From a virus (taxonomy: Duplodnaviria > Caudoviricetes), in the IMG/VR virus record IMGVR_UViG_3300001528_000208, positions 32,001 through 96,000 of that record: a stretch of 64,000 nucleotides of DNA. One strand, written 5' to 3'. The notes under the pieces were generated by a model, which did no database searches, was not told where the DNA came from, and worked only from the letters and a program-made list of their open reading frames with translations. Shown piece by piece: positions 19,801 to 28,861 of the stretch (its first letter is position 1; each line of letters starts with the position of its first letter). A program made the position numbers and the translations under genes.

Positions 19801-20151
19801 ATGCTAACGGTAACACTGCGAAACACATTTACAAAATTTGACGAAACGCGAATCGTGGCATCGTTTGAAGATGCGCGCGAATTCGTGTCGGACAAACTGC
19901 GCGAAATGTTCAAGGCGACAACCGACGAACAGCAGCGCGAATATTGTCAGGACGTAATCGAACGCTTACACAAGGGCGTGCCGTCTTATGGGCGCGGCGT
20001 GGAAGATTCGATTGCGTATGACATCGTTGACTATATGGATTGGAAGGAACATCAAGACAAGCAGGTCAACGGGCTGATTGAAACTATTCAGGAACTTACG
20101 CGGGAAATCGAAGAAAAGCGTAAGGAACTTGATGCTATACGGGGAACTTAA
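19801..20151 (+). CDS. Hypothetical protein
   Basis: RBS GGAGG; C-terminal coiled coil. Confidence 0.65.
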   Translation: MLTVTLRNTFTKFDETRIVASFEDAREFVSDKLREMFKATTDEQQREYCQDVIERLHKGVPSYGRGVEDSIAYDIVDYMDWKEHQDKQVNGLIETIQELTREIEEKRKELDAIRGT

Positions 20152-20207
20152 CGGTTCCCCGTTTTTAGCGAAAACCTGTGTTTACAATTTGTTTACACTT
20201 AAACCCC

Positions 20208-20236
20208 TTGACAAAATATTGTTTGTGTGCTATAAT
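20208..20236 (+). promoter_or_regulatory. SigA-type promoter of tnpB-1
   Basis: TTGACA-17-TGCTATAAT. Confidence 0.8.
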
Positions 20237-20264
20237 GCAGATAATGTTGAAAGGAGGTGAATAA

Positions 20265-21356
20265 ATGGTAAACAGGTTTAAGACGGAGATTTTTCCAGAC
20301 GAAAATCAGCACAAGTTATTCCTTTATTTTTGTAACGAATATAGGGAAATGTGGAACTATACGGTTGAAAAATTTCGGGACAATTATCCTATTGTTTACA
20401 AGAATGGAATTAAAGGATTCAAACCGTCTGATTTATTCAAGGAATCTAAGAACAAATGTTTGCAAAGAATAGCGGTTGGTGTTATAAAGAATTATGCCTT
20501 TGCAGTCAAAATGTTCAAGCTTGGTATTTGTAATAAGCCAAGATTTCATAAATATAACCCAAACAAACAATCATTCTATCTTGCGTGTCATAAGTTTGAA
20601 ATAACAAGACTTAGTGAAGATGAAGTGATTATTGGTAAAAATGGCGTTTTTCGATGGATTCGCCTTGACGTAGAAGTTATAAACAAATACGATATCAAAG
20701 AAATACGTGAACCAGTGTTTTCTTATGAAAATGGCAGGTGGTATATCAGTGGTGCGTATAGGGTTGAAGCTGCACCGCGTCAAGGTCGCACAGAATTCAT
20801 TGGTCTTGATTGGGGAATTAAGAATTTCATGACAACATCAGATGGTCAATTTATAAATTACCCGAAGTCTATAAAAAGGGAATATCAACGTGTCAAAGTT
20901 TTGCTTAAACATCTTAACAAAAAGCAAAAAGGTTCTCGAAATTATATTAAGATGATAAGAAAGTGCCATAAAGCGATTCGAAGAATTGAACATTTGAAGC
21001 ACAATTTTATAGAACAAGAAACGACAAGATTGTGTAGGCAAAACAATATTGCTGTTGAAAAATTTCCACCAACCACTTATAAAAGATTTAAATACGTTGA
21101 ACGTGTTGCACCACGCGGAAGATTTGTTGTAAGACTTGCGCGAAAATGCGAAAAGTTTGGCACCGAGTTTATGGCTGTTCCGCCGCAATATACAAGCAGG
21201 ATTTGTAGTTGCTGTGGTTTTCAAAAGAAAAGCCTTAAATTATCTGAACGTGTTTATAAGTGTGAAAACTGCGGAGTTGAAATTGACCGTGATGTAAATG
21301 CGGCGCGAAATATCGCCGCAATGGGTGTTCGCAGCATCCACAAGCCTATAGAATAG
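20265..21356 (+). CDS. tnpB: TnpB-family RNA-guided nuclease (no tnpA nearby)
   Basis: GLDWG, IAVE and TSRICSCCG...CENCG..DRDVNAA motifs; AT-richer than its flanks. Confidence 0.9.
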   Translation: MVNRFKTEIFPDENQHKLFLYFCNEYREMWNYTVEKFRDNYPIVYKNGIKGFKPSDLFKESKNKCLQRIAVGVIKNYAFAVKMFKLGICNKPRFHKYNPNKQSFYLACHKFEITRLSEDEVIIGKNGVFRWIRLDVEVINKYDIKEIREPVFSYENGRWYISGAYRVEAAPRQGRTEFIGLDWGIKNFMTTSDGQFINYPKSIKREYQRVKVLLKHLNKKQKGSRNYIKMIRKCHKAIRRIEHLKHNFIEQETTRLCRQNNIAVEKFPPTTYKRFKYVERVAPRGRFVVRLARKCEKFGTEFMAVPPQYTSRICSCCGFQKKSLKLSERVYKCENCGVEIDRDVNAARNIAAMGVRSIHKPIE

Positions 21357-21403
21357 GCGGCGAAAGCAATGCGAATAATTTCGATCAAAACAAATTTGTT
21401 TAT

Positions 21404-21440
21404 AAGGGTGTACATTTATCGTGTACACCCTTTATTTTTT
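21404..21440 (+). terminator. Intrinsic terminator
   Basis: AAGGGTGTACA-TTTATCG-TGTACACCCTT followed by a T-run. Confidence 0.75.
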
Positions 21441-21462
21441 CACTAAAAGGAGGAAATAAAAA

Positions 21463-21696
21463 ATGTATGATGTAACTGTGTATGGGCGCGATGGGTGCCC
21501 ACGATGTTATTTCATCGCAACAAAGGTTAAACAACTAAAAAATGTGCATTTAACCGAAATCCATGACGATAACATCCTGAAAGAAATGTCTATTAAATAT
21601 GGTACAGATGAACTGCCGATGTCTGTGGTCGATGGGGAATTCTACGATTTTTTAAGGATGCGCGCATGGATTGATGATAGGAAGCGGGAGGAATAA
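21463..21696 (+). CDS. Glutaredoxin/NrdH-like protein
   Basis: VYGRDGCPRC motif; upstream of nrdD. Confidence 0.75.
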   Translation: MYDVTVYGRDGCPRCYFIATKVKQLKNVHLTEIHDDNILKEMSIKYGTDELPMSVVDGEFYDFLRMRAWIDDRKREE

Positions 21697-21698
21697 TC

Positions 21699-24026
21699 TT
21701 GAATATTAGCATCAATCTGGACAAAGATTTTAGCGAAAAATTTAATGAACTGCGTGAAAAATATGGCGATGAAATTGCAAAGCTGAATGGATTTTCCGAC
21801 GAACAGCTTAGTTATACAGACTTCATTGATAACTTTGTTGATAAAAATACGGTGGCAGACGCCAGTATTGACGGCAATGCCAATGTTGGTGCAAAAGATA
21901 TTTGTTCGCTTGATAGCGAAATGAATAAGCCACATAGCAAGTTGCTGTCCTTCAACAAGGTCTATTACGAAATGAAGAAAAAGTATGGCAAGGATATTGC
22001 TGATAGATGGTTAGAATACGAGTGGATCGGAAAATTTTACGCTCACGATTCCCCAAGTTTGTCGCAGAAAAGTTATTGTTTTGCGTATGACCTTGAAGGT
22101 TTGGTAAGTAAGGGGCTATATTTTGTTCCTAATTTCAATGGTCAGCCGCCTAAGCATCTTGTAACATACACTGATTTCGTTGGTGAATTTGTTTCTTATG
22201 CAAGCAATCGTTCTTCTGGCGCTTGTGGACTTCCCAGCTTCCTTGTATATTCGTTCTACTTCTGGAAGAAAGACGTAAAAGATGGCTACTATACTGGTAC
22301 GCCTGAAAGATATCGCGACCAAGAGTTCCAAAGAATCACCTATAAGCTGAACCAGCCGTATTTGCGTGTTAATCAAAGCGCGTTTACAAACTTTTCTATT
22401 TTTGATAGACCGTATTTCGAATCGCTTTTTGGATACAAAACATTTCCTGATGGTGAATTCATGATTGACTATATTGATGAATTTATGGAATATCAGAAGG
22501 CATTTATGGAAGTTGTGTCAAAAATTCGCGAACAGAATATGATGACTTTCCCGGTGCTTTCATTTTGTCTTCTTCGTAAGAATGGAAAGTTTGTAGACGA
22601 AGATTTTGCGCGCTGGTGCTGTAAACACAACATGAAGTGGGCGGATTCCAACTTTTTCGTAAGCGAAGATGTCACATCCCTTTCAAACTGTTGTTTTAGC
22701 GGCAACACAATGTTTATGACGACTGATGGCATCAGAAGATTTGATTCTTTTAAAGACGGCGATTCCATTGTCGTTCCGTGCATCAATGGTTCCAACAATA
22801 ATGCAGTTGTCCATACTTATGGCGAACAAAGACTATTCCGCATCAAACTTTGCCGTAATGGAAAGCATAGAGATGTATTGACCACCAGAAATCACAGGTG
22901 GATTCTTGACGGAAATACGGAAACAAACTATCTTTCTGTTGGCGATGTGTTAGTTAAATCTGCGCATGATACAGATGATGGGAATTGGTCTGTTGTTGAT
23001 ATTGAAGATACTGGAATTGTAGAAACTGTTTGGTGTCTTGATGTCGAAAATGAACACAATTTCATTCTTGCGGACAACATTCCTTGTGGGAACTGCCGTC
23101 TTGTTTCTGATGTAAAGAATTTGGGCTATTTCAATTCTATTGGCGGGACCGCGCTTGAAGTCGGTTCTGTCAAGGTAAACACCATCAATCTTGCAAGAAT
23201 CGCCTATGAAACGAAATCTAAAGAAGATTATCTAAAGCAGCTTTCTGATGAAGTTGTTCTTTGCTTGCAGATGCTTGATGTGGTGCGCCACATTATCACG
23301 CGCAATATCGAAAAAGGACTTCTGCCGAATTATTCTTATGGTCTTATGCACATGAAGTCTCAGTACAATACCATCGGCATCGTCGCCCTTTATGAAACCT
23401 TACAGGAGTTTGGTATGACGCACAAGGATAAACTTGGCTATGCGCATTACACCGACGAAGGTATCGAATTTGCAAAAGATATTCTTCATACCATTAACAA
23501 GGTAAAAGATGAATTTGTTGCCGACAAGGATTATTCTGCGAATCTGGAGCAGATTCCCGCCGAACGGGCGGCAAGCATTCTGATGCAGAAAGATATGGTT
23601 TTCTTCCCTGATGAAGCATACGACCTTCCGCTATATGGCAACCAGTGGATTCCGCTTGGTGTAAAGACCACGCTTGAAGAAAAGTGCAAGCTTAGTGCGA
23701 TTCTTGATAAGGCGTGTAACGGTGGCAGTATTGCGCACATCAACATTGATGCACCGTTCAATAACTTTGACACGGCGTGGAATATGCTGAACTATGTCGC
23801 CGACAGTGGCGTCCCTTATTTCGCGTTCTGCACCAGAATTTCTGCCTGTGAAGAAAATCACGGATTCTATGGCGACAAGTGTCCTATTTGTGGCAAGCCG
23901 AAGGTTACGACTTATCAGCGCGTGGTTGGTTTCTTAACACCTGAAAAGACATATTCTAAGGAACGCAAGGCTGAATTTAAGATGCGCGACTGGTTTGACC
24001 TGAACGCAATCTGTGATACATTATGA
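21699..24026 (+). CDS. nrdD: Anaerobic (class III) ribonucleotide reductase containing a mini-intein
   Basis: YC, TFPV, SNC/CRL, EQIPAE, C-terminal Zn site and the RVVGF glycyl-radical loop. Confidence 0.92.
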   Translation: MNISINLDKDFSEKFNELREKYGDEIAKLNGFSDEQLSYTDFIDNFVDKNTVADASIDGNANVGAKDICSLDSEMNKPHSKLLSFNKVYYEMKKKYGKDIADRWLEYEWIGKFYAHDSPSLSQKSYCFAYDLEGLVSKGLYFVPNFNGQPPKHLVTYTDFVGEFVSYASNRSSGACGLPSFLVYSFYFWKKDVKDGYYTGTPERYRDQEFQRITYKLNQPYLRVNQSAFTNFSIFDRPYFESLFGYKTFPDGEFMIDYIDEFMEYQKAFMEVVSKIREQNMMTFPVLSFCLLRKNGKFVDEDFARWCCKHNMKWADSNFFVSEDVTSLSNCCFSGNTMFMTTDGIRRFDSFKDGDSIVVPCINGSNNNAVVHTYGEQRLFRIKLCRNGKHRDVLTTRNHRWILDGNTETNYLSVGDVLVKSAHDTDDGNWSVVDIEDTGIVETVWCLDVENEHNFILADNIPCGNCRLVSDVKNLGYFNSIGGTALEVGSVKVNTINLARIAYETKSKEDYLKQLSDEVVLCLQMLDVVRHIITRNIEKGLLPNYSYGLMHMKSQYNTIGIVALYETLQEFGMTHKDKLGYAHYTDEGIEFAKDILHTINKVKDEFVADKDYSANLEQIPAERAASILMQKDMVFFPDEAYDLPLYGNQWIPLGVKTTLEEKCKLSAILDKACNGGSIAHINIDAPFNNFDTAWNMLNYVADSGVPYFAFCTRISACEENHGFYGDKCPICGKPKVTTYQRVVGFLTPEKTYSKERKAEFKMRDWFDLNAICDTL
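22692..23093 (+). mobile_element. Mini-intein (134 aa, no endonuclease)
   Basis: Starts CFSGNT, block B TRNHRW, block F VWCLDV..EHNF, ends GN before the +1 Cys. Removal restores SNCCRL. Confidence 0.9.
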
Positions 24027-24505
24027 AAGTAAAACAGGTTGTTATTGAAGATTTCGTAAATTATAAATATCCATCGTTGTTTATAGGAATTAGCACCTGC
24101 GATTTTAAGTGTTGCCGCGAAGGTGGCTTTGATAAATCTGTTTGTCAGAATAGCAAACTTGCCTTGGCGAAACCGATAGAACTAAGCAAAGATGAAATAT
24201 TTGGCGCATTCGATGGTAACGGCATCACAGAATCTATTGTTGTTGGCGGGATGGAACCGATGCTTCAATTTGATGACGTTCTATCGCTGTTGAAATATTT
24301 CCGCGAACACGATCGTGATGCTGACTTCGTAATCTACACCGGCTATTATCGCTACGAAATCGAAGATAAAATTCAGAAGCTTGCAAAATATAAAAACGTG
24401 GTTGTCAAATTTGGACGCTATATTCCAAACCAAGAAAAACACTATGATAAAGTGCTTGGCGTGTGGCTGGCGTCCGACAATCAGTACGCCGAAAGGATAA
24501 GTTGA
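24023..24505 (+). CDS. nrdG: RNR-activating radical SAM protein
   Basis: CDFKCC...CQN, GGMEP, YTGY and KFGRY motifs. Confidence 0.88.
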   Translation: MKVKQVVIEDFVNYKYPSLFIGISTCDFKCCREGGFDKSVCQNSKLALAKPIELSKDEIFGAFDGNGITESIVVGGMEPMLQFDDVLSLLKYFREHDRDADFVIYTGYYRYEIEDKIQKLAKYKNVVVKFGRYIPNQEKHYDKVLGVWLASDNQYAERIS

Positions 24506-24684
24506 TGTTAAAAGTAAGGGTGAATCCCGACAAGGAAATTGTCAAAATGGTCACGGACTATCTTCGTGAACACGATGGCGAGTGTCCTTGTCAAATCGGA
24601 CAAAAATGTCAATGTAGTAAGTTTAAGCAGATGAATAGCGTTGGGCAATGTCATTGTATGCTATTCGAAAAATATGAAGGGTGA
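24505..24684 (+). CDS. Ferredoxin-thioredoxin reductase catalytic-subunit-like small protein
   Basis: CPC...CQC...CHC.LF pattern. Confidence 0.7.
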   Translation: MLKVRVNPDKEIVKMVTDYLREHDGECPCQIGQKCQCSKFKQMNSVGQCHCMLFEKYEG

Positions 24685-24686
24685 AA

Positions 24687-24854
24687 ATGAACAAAACATA
24701 TTGCGATATCTGTGGCAAAGAAATTGTCACGTTGCCAAACGTAACAGAAATGCGGTTTAGACAGGGTTCCAGCGCTTCTTACGAGTGTTGCGATAAGTGT
24801 TTTGAACTTCTGTTTCGTATGGTTGAAACAATAAAAGACTTTAAGGAGAAATAA
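24687..24854 (+). CDS. Small Cys-rich protein (not in the ORF track)
   Basis: YCDICGK...CDKC. Confidence 0.55.
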   Translation: MNKTYCDICGKEIVTLPNVTEMRFRQGSSASYECCDKCFELLFRMVETIKDFKEK

Positions 24855-24855
24855 G

Positions 24856-25335
24856 ATGAAATTTGAACGTGTTTCTGCCGCCCAGTTTGCGGCTGATTGC
24901 GATGCTGCTGGCTTCGCTGTTGAATATGCCAACGTGGTGATGCCGCGTCGTGCAACAAAGGGTAGCGCGGGCTACGACATTTGCATCCCGTTTGATGTGG
25001 TTCTGGCGCCGCACACAAGTGCCAAGATTCCAACCGGTATCAGGTGTACCGGTATGCCAAGAAACGTCGTAATGACCATTTATATTCGTTCCAGCGTGGG
25101 TATTAAGCGCGGTGTGCGTTTTATGAACCTGCTTCCCGTTGTGGACAGTGACTACGCAGACAGTCCTAACGAAGGGCACATCTGGCTGGCGCTTTATAAC
25201 GACAGCGATAAGGACGTCGAATTCGATGCTGGCGAACGAATTGCACAGGCGGTATTCACGCAGTATATTATCTGTGACGATGATGATGCTGTTGGCAAGC
25301 GCGAAGGCGGCATTGGTTCTACTGGAAGGGCTTGA
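24856..25335 (+). CDS. dut: Trimeric dUTPase
   Basis: SAGYD, RSS, VDSDY, GERIAQ and REGGIGSTG motifs. Confidence 0.95.
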   Translation: MKFERVSAAQFAADCDAAGFAVEYANVVMPRRATKGSAGYDICIPFDVVLAPHTSAKIPTGIRCTGMPRNVVMTIYIRSSVGIKRGVRFMNLLPVVDSDYADSPNEGHIWLALYNDSDKDVEFDAGERIAQAVFTQYIICDDDDAVGKREGGIGSTGRA

Positions 25336-25360
25336 CAAGACCAAAACAATGTGTTATAAT
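25332..25360 (+). promoter_or_regulatory. SigA-type promoter
   Basis: TTGACA-17-TGTTATAAT; the -35 overlaps the dut stop. Confidence 0.8.
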
Positions 25361-25381
25361 ACAATATAGGAGGAAAGGTTA

Positions 25382-25582
25382 ATGACCGAACAGGAAATGC
25401 AAAACAACAAGGTGGCAAATCGTACAAACGAACTTGAATATACATTTATTTGTAAGGATTGCGGTAAACCTACAACGATTAAGTTAGCCGAGGTGACCTA
25501 CTGTCATGACAACGGATTGCGTGTGACTGAACGTTGCAAGGAATGTCGCGATGCGAAAAATAGGCGATTTGCACAAATCTAA
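25382..25582 (+). CDS. Zinc-ribbon protein
   Basis: CKDCG...RCKECR. Confidence 0.75.
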   Translation: MTEQEMQNNKVANRTNELEYTFICKDCGKPTTIKLAEVTYCHDNGLRVTERCKECRDAKNRRFAQI

Positions 25583-25602
25583 AAAAAAGGAAAGAAAAAT
25601 CT

Positions 25603-26175
25603 ATGGTAGTTGATAAAATTCCAGCAGAAGTAGTAAAAGACCTGATTCCACTGGTGAACAGCCTTGGCAATCTACCCAAGACTGCGACGGTAAAGTATGG
25701 CGCGACCAACTTTTCTTACGTTCCGTTGGACGACATCATGGCAAAGATTAAGGCCGATGGCAACTTCGCATTTATGCAACCGATGGGCGTTTCCGAAGAT
25801 GGGCGTACCTGTCTACAGTGCGTGCTTTATCACAAGTCTGGATTCCCGATTTCTTCTGATGCTTTTCCGCTTCCGATTAAGGACGGAATGAAGGCGCAAG
25901 ACGTCGGCGCGGTTCTGACGTATTATCGTCGTTATAGCGCGTCGGCTTTCTTTGGCATTGCATCTGACGAAGACAACGATGGGCAGGCGCCTGAAATTGC
26001 ATCGCCGAAGGAAAAGTGCGAAGACTGCGGTAAGGATATCGTCGGTTCGCATGGTTTGTCGCCCGAGAAGATTGTTGCTGGTAGTATGCGTGCTTATCAC
26101 AAAAAGCTGTGTTTCGATTGTTCGATGAAGGCTAAGGCGGCAAAGGAAGCAGAAAAGAAAGAAGAGGTAAAGTAA
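25603..26175 (+). CDS. ERF-family single-strand annealing protein
   Basis: GAVLTYYRRY...GIASDEDNDG; C-terminal Zn finger. Confidence 0.88.
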   Translation: MVVDKIPAEVVKDLIPLVNSLGNLPKTATVKYGATNFSYVPLDDIMAKIKADGNFAFMQPMGVSEDGRTCLQCVLYHKSGFPISSDAFPLPIKDGMKAQDVGAVLTYYRRYSASAFFGIASDEDNDGQAPEIASPKEKCEDCGKDIVGSHGLSPEKIVAGSMRAYHKKLCFDCSMKAKAAKEAEKKEEVK

Positions 26176-26556
26176 ATGGCAATTTTTGCAACAAGTGATA
26201 GTTTTTGGACGTACTGGCGTACCACCGACCAGCAACAGAAGTACGCGACCTGCGTTTTTTCCACAAGCCGTAAGGATAAGCAGAATGGCGAATGGAAAAA
26301 TTCGAATTGGTCGTTCGTTAGGGTGGTTGGAAACGGTTTTGCAAAGCTTGCAGACCTGAACGAAAAAGATAAGATTACTAATGTTCGCTTTAGTCTTGAA
26401 TGTGAACCTTATACGGACAAAACTGGGCAGCGTGTGTTTCCTAAGTCGCCTCGGATGGTAATTTTTGATTTCGACTTCGCAGAAGTTGGTCGAAAGCCTG
26501 TTGGCCCTGCACCCGTTGACGAATACGACCCGGATGGTTCAGAACTTCCGTTCTAA
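26176..26556 (+). CDS. ssb: Single-stranded DNA-binding protein
   Basis: OB-like sequence with an acidic tail ending ELPF. Confidence 0.75.
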   Translation: MAIFATSDSFWTYWRTTDQQQKYATCVFSTSRKDKQNGEWKNSNWSFVRVVGNGFAKLADLNEKDKITNVRFSLECEPYTDKTGQRVFPKSPRMVIFDFDFAEVGRKPVGPAPVDEYDPDGSELPF

Positions 26557-26564
26557 ATAACCTA

Positions 26565-26602
26565 ATAGGAGTACGATTTAATTAGTCGTACTCCTATTTT
26601 TT
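26565..26602 (+). terminator. Intrinsic terminator
   Basis: ATAGGAGTACGA...TCGTACTCCTAT followed by a T-run. Confidence 0.8.
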
Positions 26603-26612
26603 ACCGAAAGGG

Positions 26613-28013
26613 GTGAATATTATCAAATTTGAAGAACTTTCCGACGTAAAATCTGAATCTGGTGTAGTCGCGTCGCTTATCGCCGAACCGAACTTTCTAA
26701 ACTTCATCGAAAATCTGAAAGGCGACGACTTTACCGACCGCGCAAACGGCGTAATCTATGATGCGATTTGTCGCCTGAAAGAACAGGACATTCAGCAGAT
26801 TGACGCTTTCAATATCAACACGTCCATTTCTGGTGATGTGAAACTACAAAAGCGCGCAGAAGGTTGTCTTTCGCCCGATATCATCTCGCAGATTGTAGAC
26901 AACGCGAAGTTTCTGGCGCGTGGCACGTCCGAAGAATTTGTGTTGTGCGTCAACAATGTGTTGGCGATGGCGTATAAGCGCAAGCTGTATCGCGACTTGA
27001 ACGCGGCGCAAACCCGCGTGTTGTCGGCGAAATCTATCACAGATATTCAGCGCGATGTGTCTGATATTTTGGATAGCGCGGCGGATAACTATATCAACGG
27101 CGCAGACATTCCCAAGATTGGCGACCAGCTTGACGAAATCATGCAGAAGATTGAAGCAAAGCAGGGCGCAGGGCGCGGATATGTATTTGAATGTGTCCCA
27201 CAGTTGAACGACTATGTAACAATCGACAAGAATGAAATGTTGACGTTCTTGGCACCGATGAAAAGCGGCAAGTCAATCATGCTGATGGACACTGCGATTG
27301 ATGTGATTCGACAAGGCGGCAAGTGTATCTATCTCGACACAGAAATGACGGACGCGCTTTTTACACAGCGATTGATTGCATATTATTCGCAGGTGCCAGT
27401 CCAGCATATCAGACGCGGCAACTATAGCGACGATGAACAGCGTCGTGTGGAATTGGCGCTTGAAAAAATCAAGGGGCTTGAATTGTATCACAAGTATATC
27501 CCGATTTATACGTCTGATGAAATCTATGGTTATGTGAAAACAATGAAGCGTAAGTGTGGGTGCGACGTTCTTTTCTTCGATTATTTGAAACCGTCTGCAT
27601 CTACGGATGCGTATGGCACTTATGCGGAACTTGGCAATCTTACAAATGTATTGAAGAACCGTATTGCTGGCGACCTTGATATGGCAGTCGTTTCTGCGTG
27701 TCAGGCGTCAAGAAATGGCGGAATCGCGGATTCTGTTCGTATCGCACAGTATAGTTCTGCTGTTATCAAGATGGAACGCAAGGATTATGCGGACTTCAAG
27801 GCGAATGAAGCACAGGGCAACTATCGGTTTACAGTTCTTTATAATCGTCTTGGCGAACAGATGCAAGAAGGTGAACAGTGGATTGATGCAAACTTCTTTG
27901 GCAACTACGCAAAGTTCCAAAGCTGTGAACAGCATATGCAAGAAGATATTTATGGCGAAATTCCGCAGGAAGCGGTAAAAAATGAAATTAAAGGAGAAAA
28001 TAACAATGGATAA
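26613..28013 (+). CDS. dnaB: DnaB-like replicative helicase
   Basis: DnaB N-domain, Walker A APMKSGKS, DTEM, FFDYLK and Q.SR...IADS. Confidence 0.9.
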   Translation: MNIIKFEELSDVKSESGVVASLIAEPNFLNFIENLKGDDFTDRANGVIYDAICRLKEQDIQQIDAFNINTSISGDVKLQKRAEGCLSPDIISQIVDNAKFLARGTSEEFVLCVNNVLAMAYKRKLYRDLNAAQTRVLSAKSITDIQRDVSDILDSAADNYINGADIPKIGDQLDEIMQKIEAKQGAGRGYVFECVPQLNDYVTIDKNEMLTFLAPMKSGKSIMLMDTAIDVIRQGGKCIYLDTEMTDALFTQRLIAYYSQVPVQHIRRGNYSDDEQRRVELALEKIKGLELYHKYIPIYTSDEIYGYVKTMKRKCGCDVLFFDYLKPSASTDAYGTYAELGNLTNVLKNRIAGDLDMAVVSACQASRNGGIADSVRIAQYSSAVIKMERKDYADFKANEAQGNYRFTVLYNRLGEQMQEGEQWIDANFFGNYAKFQSCEQHMQEDIYGEIPQEAVKNEIKGENNNG

Positions 28014-28245
28014 GAAGCTCAATAAGAATATTACGAAGGTCTATACTATCATTACTGGCGGTCTTTATCCCGACCCCGACACTGATGCCAGTTGGATTCT
28101 TGACGAATTCAACGAACTTTATGGCGTTCCCGCACAGCTTGCCCGCGACCTGCGTGACAAAATGGACGAAATCTTTGACGAATGCGACAGCGTTGAAGAT
28201 TGCAAGGATGCGCTGGAAGCTTACTTTTACGATCTTTGGGCGTAA
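28006..28245 (+). CDS. Hypothetical acidic protein
   Basis: RBS AAGGAG. Confidence 0.6.
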   Translation: MDKKLNKNITKVYTIITGGLYPDPDTDASWILDEFNELYGVPAQLARDLRDKMDEIFDECDSVEDCKDALEAYFYDLWA

Positions 28246-28268
28246 CTAAATAGGAAAGGATAAATAAT

Positions 28269-28541
28269 ATGATTAAGAATCTTAAGGAAACCATTACCGG
28301 CATGACTTCCGCCAATCACGTTGACCGTCTGGTTGCTGAATTTGACCAGTTGCAGTTCCGCCTTGACAAGCTGTACGACGTGCTGAAAAAGTACGCCACG
28401 CACCAGCTTGACCATCCGCTTGATTGCGATATCAAAATTTTGCGACAGCAGGCTGACGCGATGGAAGTTTATCTTGATTGTCTTGCTGAACGTATCTGTA
28501 ACTACGAAGACTGCTGTGAGGACTGCGACCATGCAAACTGA
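28269..28541 (+). CDS. Hypothetical phage protein (crAss001_48-like)
   Basis: DRLVAEFDQL..RLDKL...QADAMEVYL..LAER. Confidence 0.6.
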   Translation: MIKNLKETITGMTSANHVDRLVAEFDQLQFRLDKLYDVLKKYATHQLDHPLDCDIKILRQQADAMEVYLDCLAERICNYEDCCEDCDHAN

Positions 28542-28830
28542 AGGCTGGATTTGTCCGCGCTGTGGTCGTGTGAACGCACCATGGTTGGCGTGGTGTGGTT
28601 GCAGCAACATGGATGTTGTCTGTAACGGGACTGGTTCCACACAAGACCCGTGTACGATTGGTTTGCATGACTGGAAGCAAGTGGGATATCGTCCGTCCAA
28701 GAACACATCGTCCGTTTGCACGGTCGAATATGAATGTTCGCGATGTGGCAAGCGTAAATTCATTGACACGCCAACTATCACGGCGACGTACAACGAAAAG
28801 GGCATTAAGGATTTTGGCTTGACAAGCTAA
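28531..28830 (+). CDS. Cys-rich hypothetical protein
   Basis: GWICPRCGRVNAP; HDW...CSRCG. Confidence 0.6.
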   Translation: MQTEGWICPRCGRVNAPWLAWCGCSNMDVVCNGTGSTQDPCTIGLHDWKQVGYRPSKNTSSVCTVEYECSRCGKRKFIDTPTITATYNEKGIKDFGLTS

Positions 28831-28847
28831 ACGGAATGTGATATAAT
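28819..28847 (+). promoter_or_regulatory. SigA-type promoter
   Basis: TTGACA-17-TGATATAAT. Confidence 0.75.
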
Positions 28848-28861
28848 AATCGAAAGGTGGT

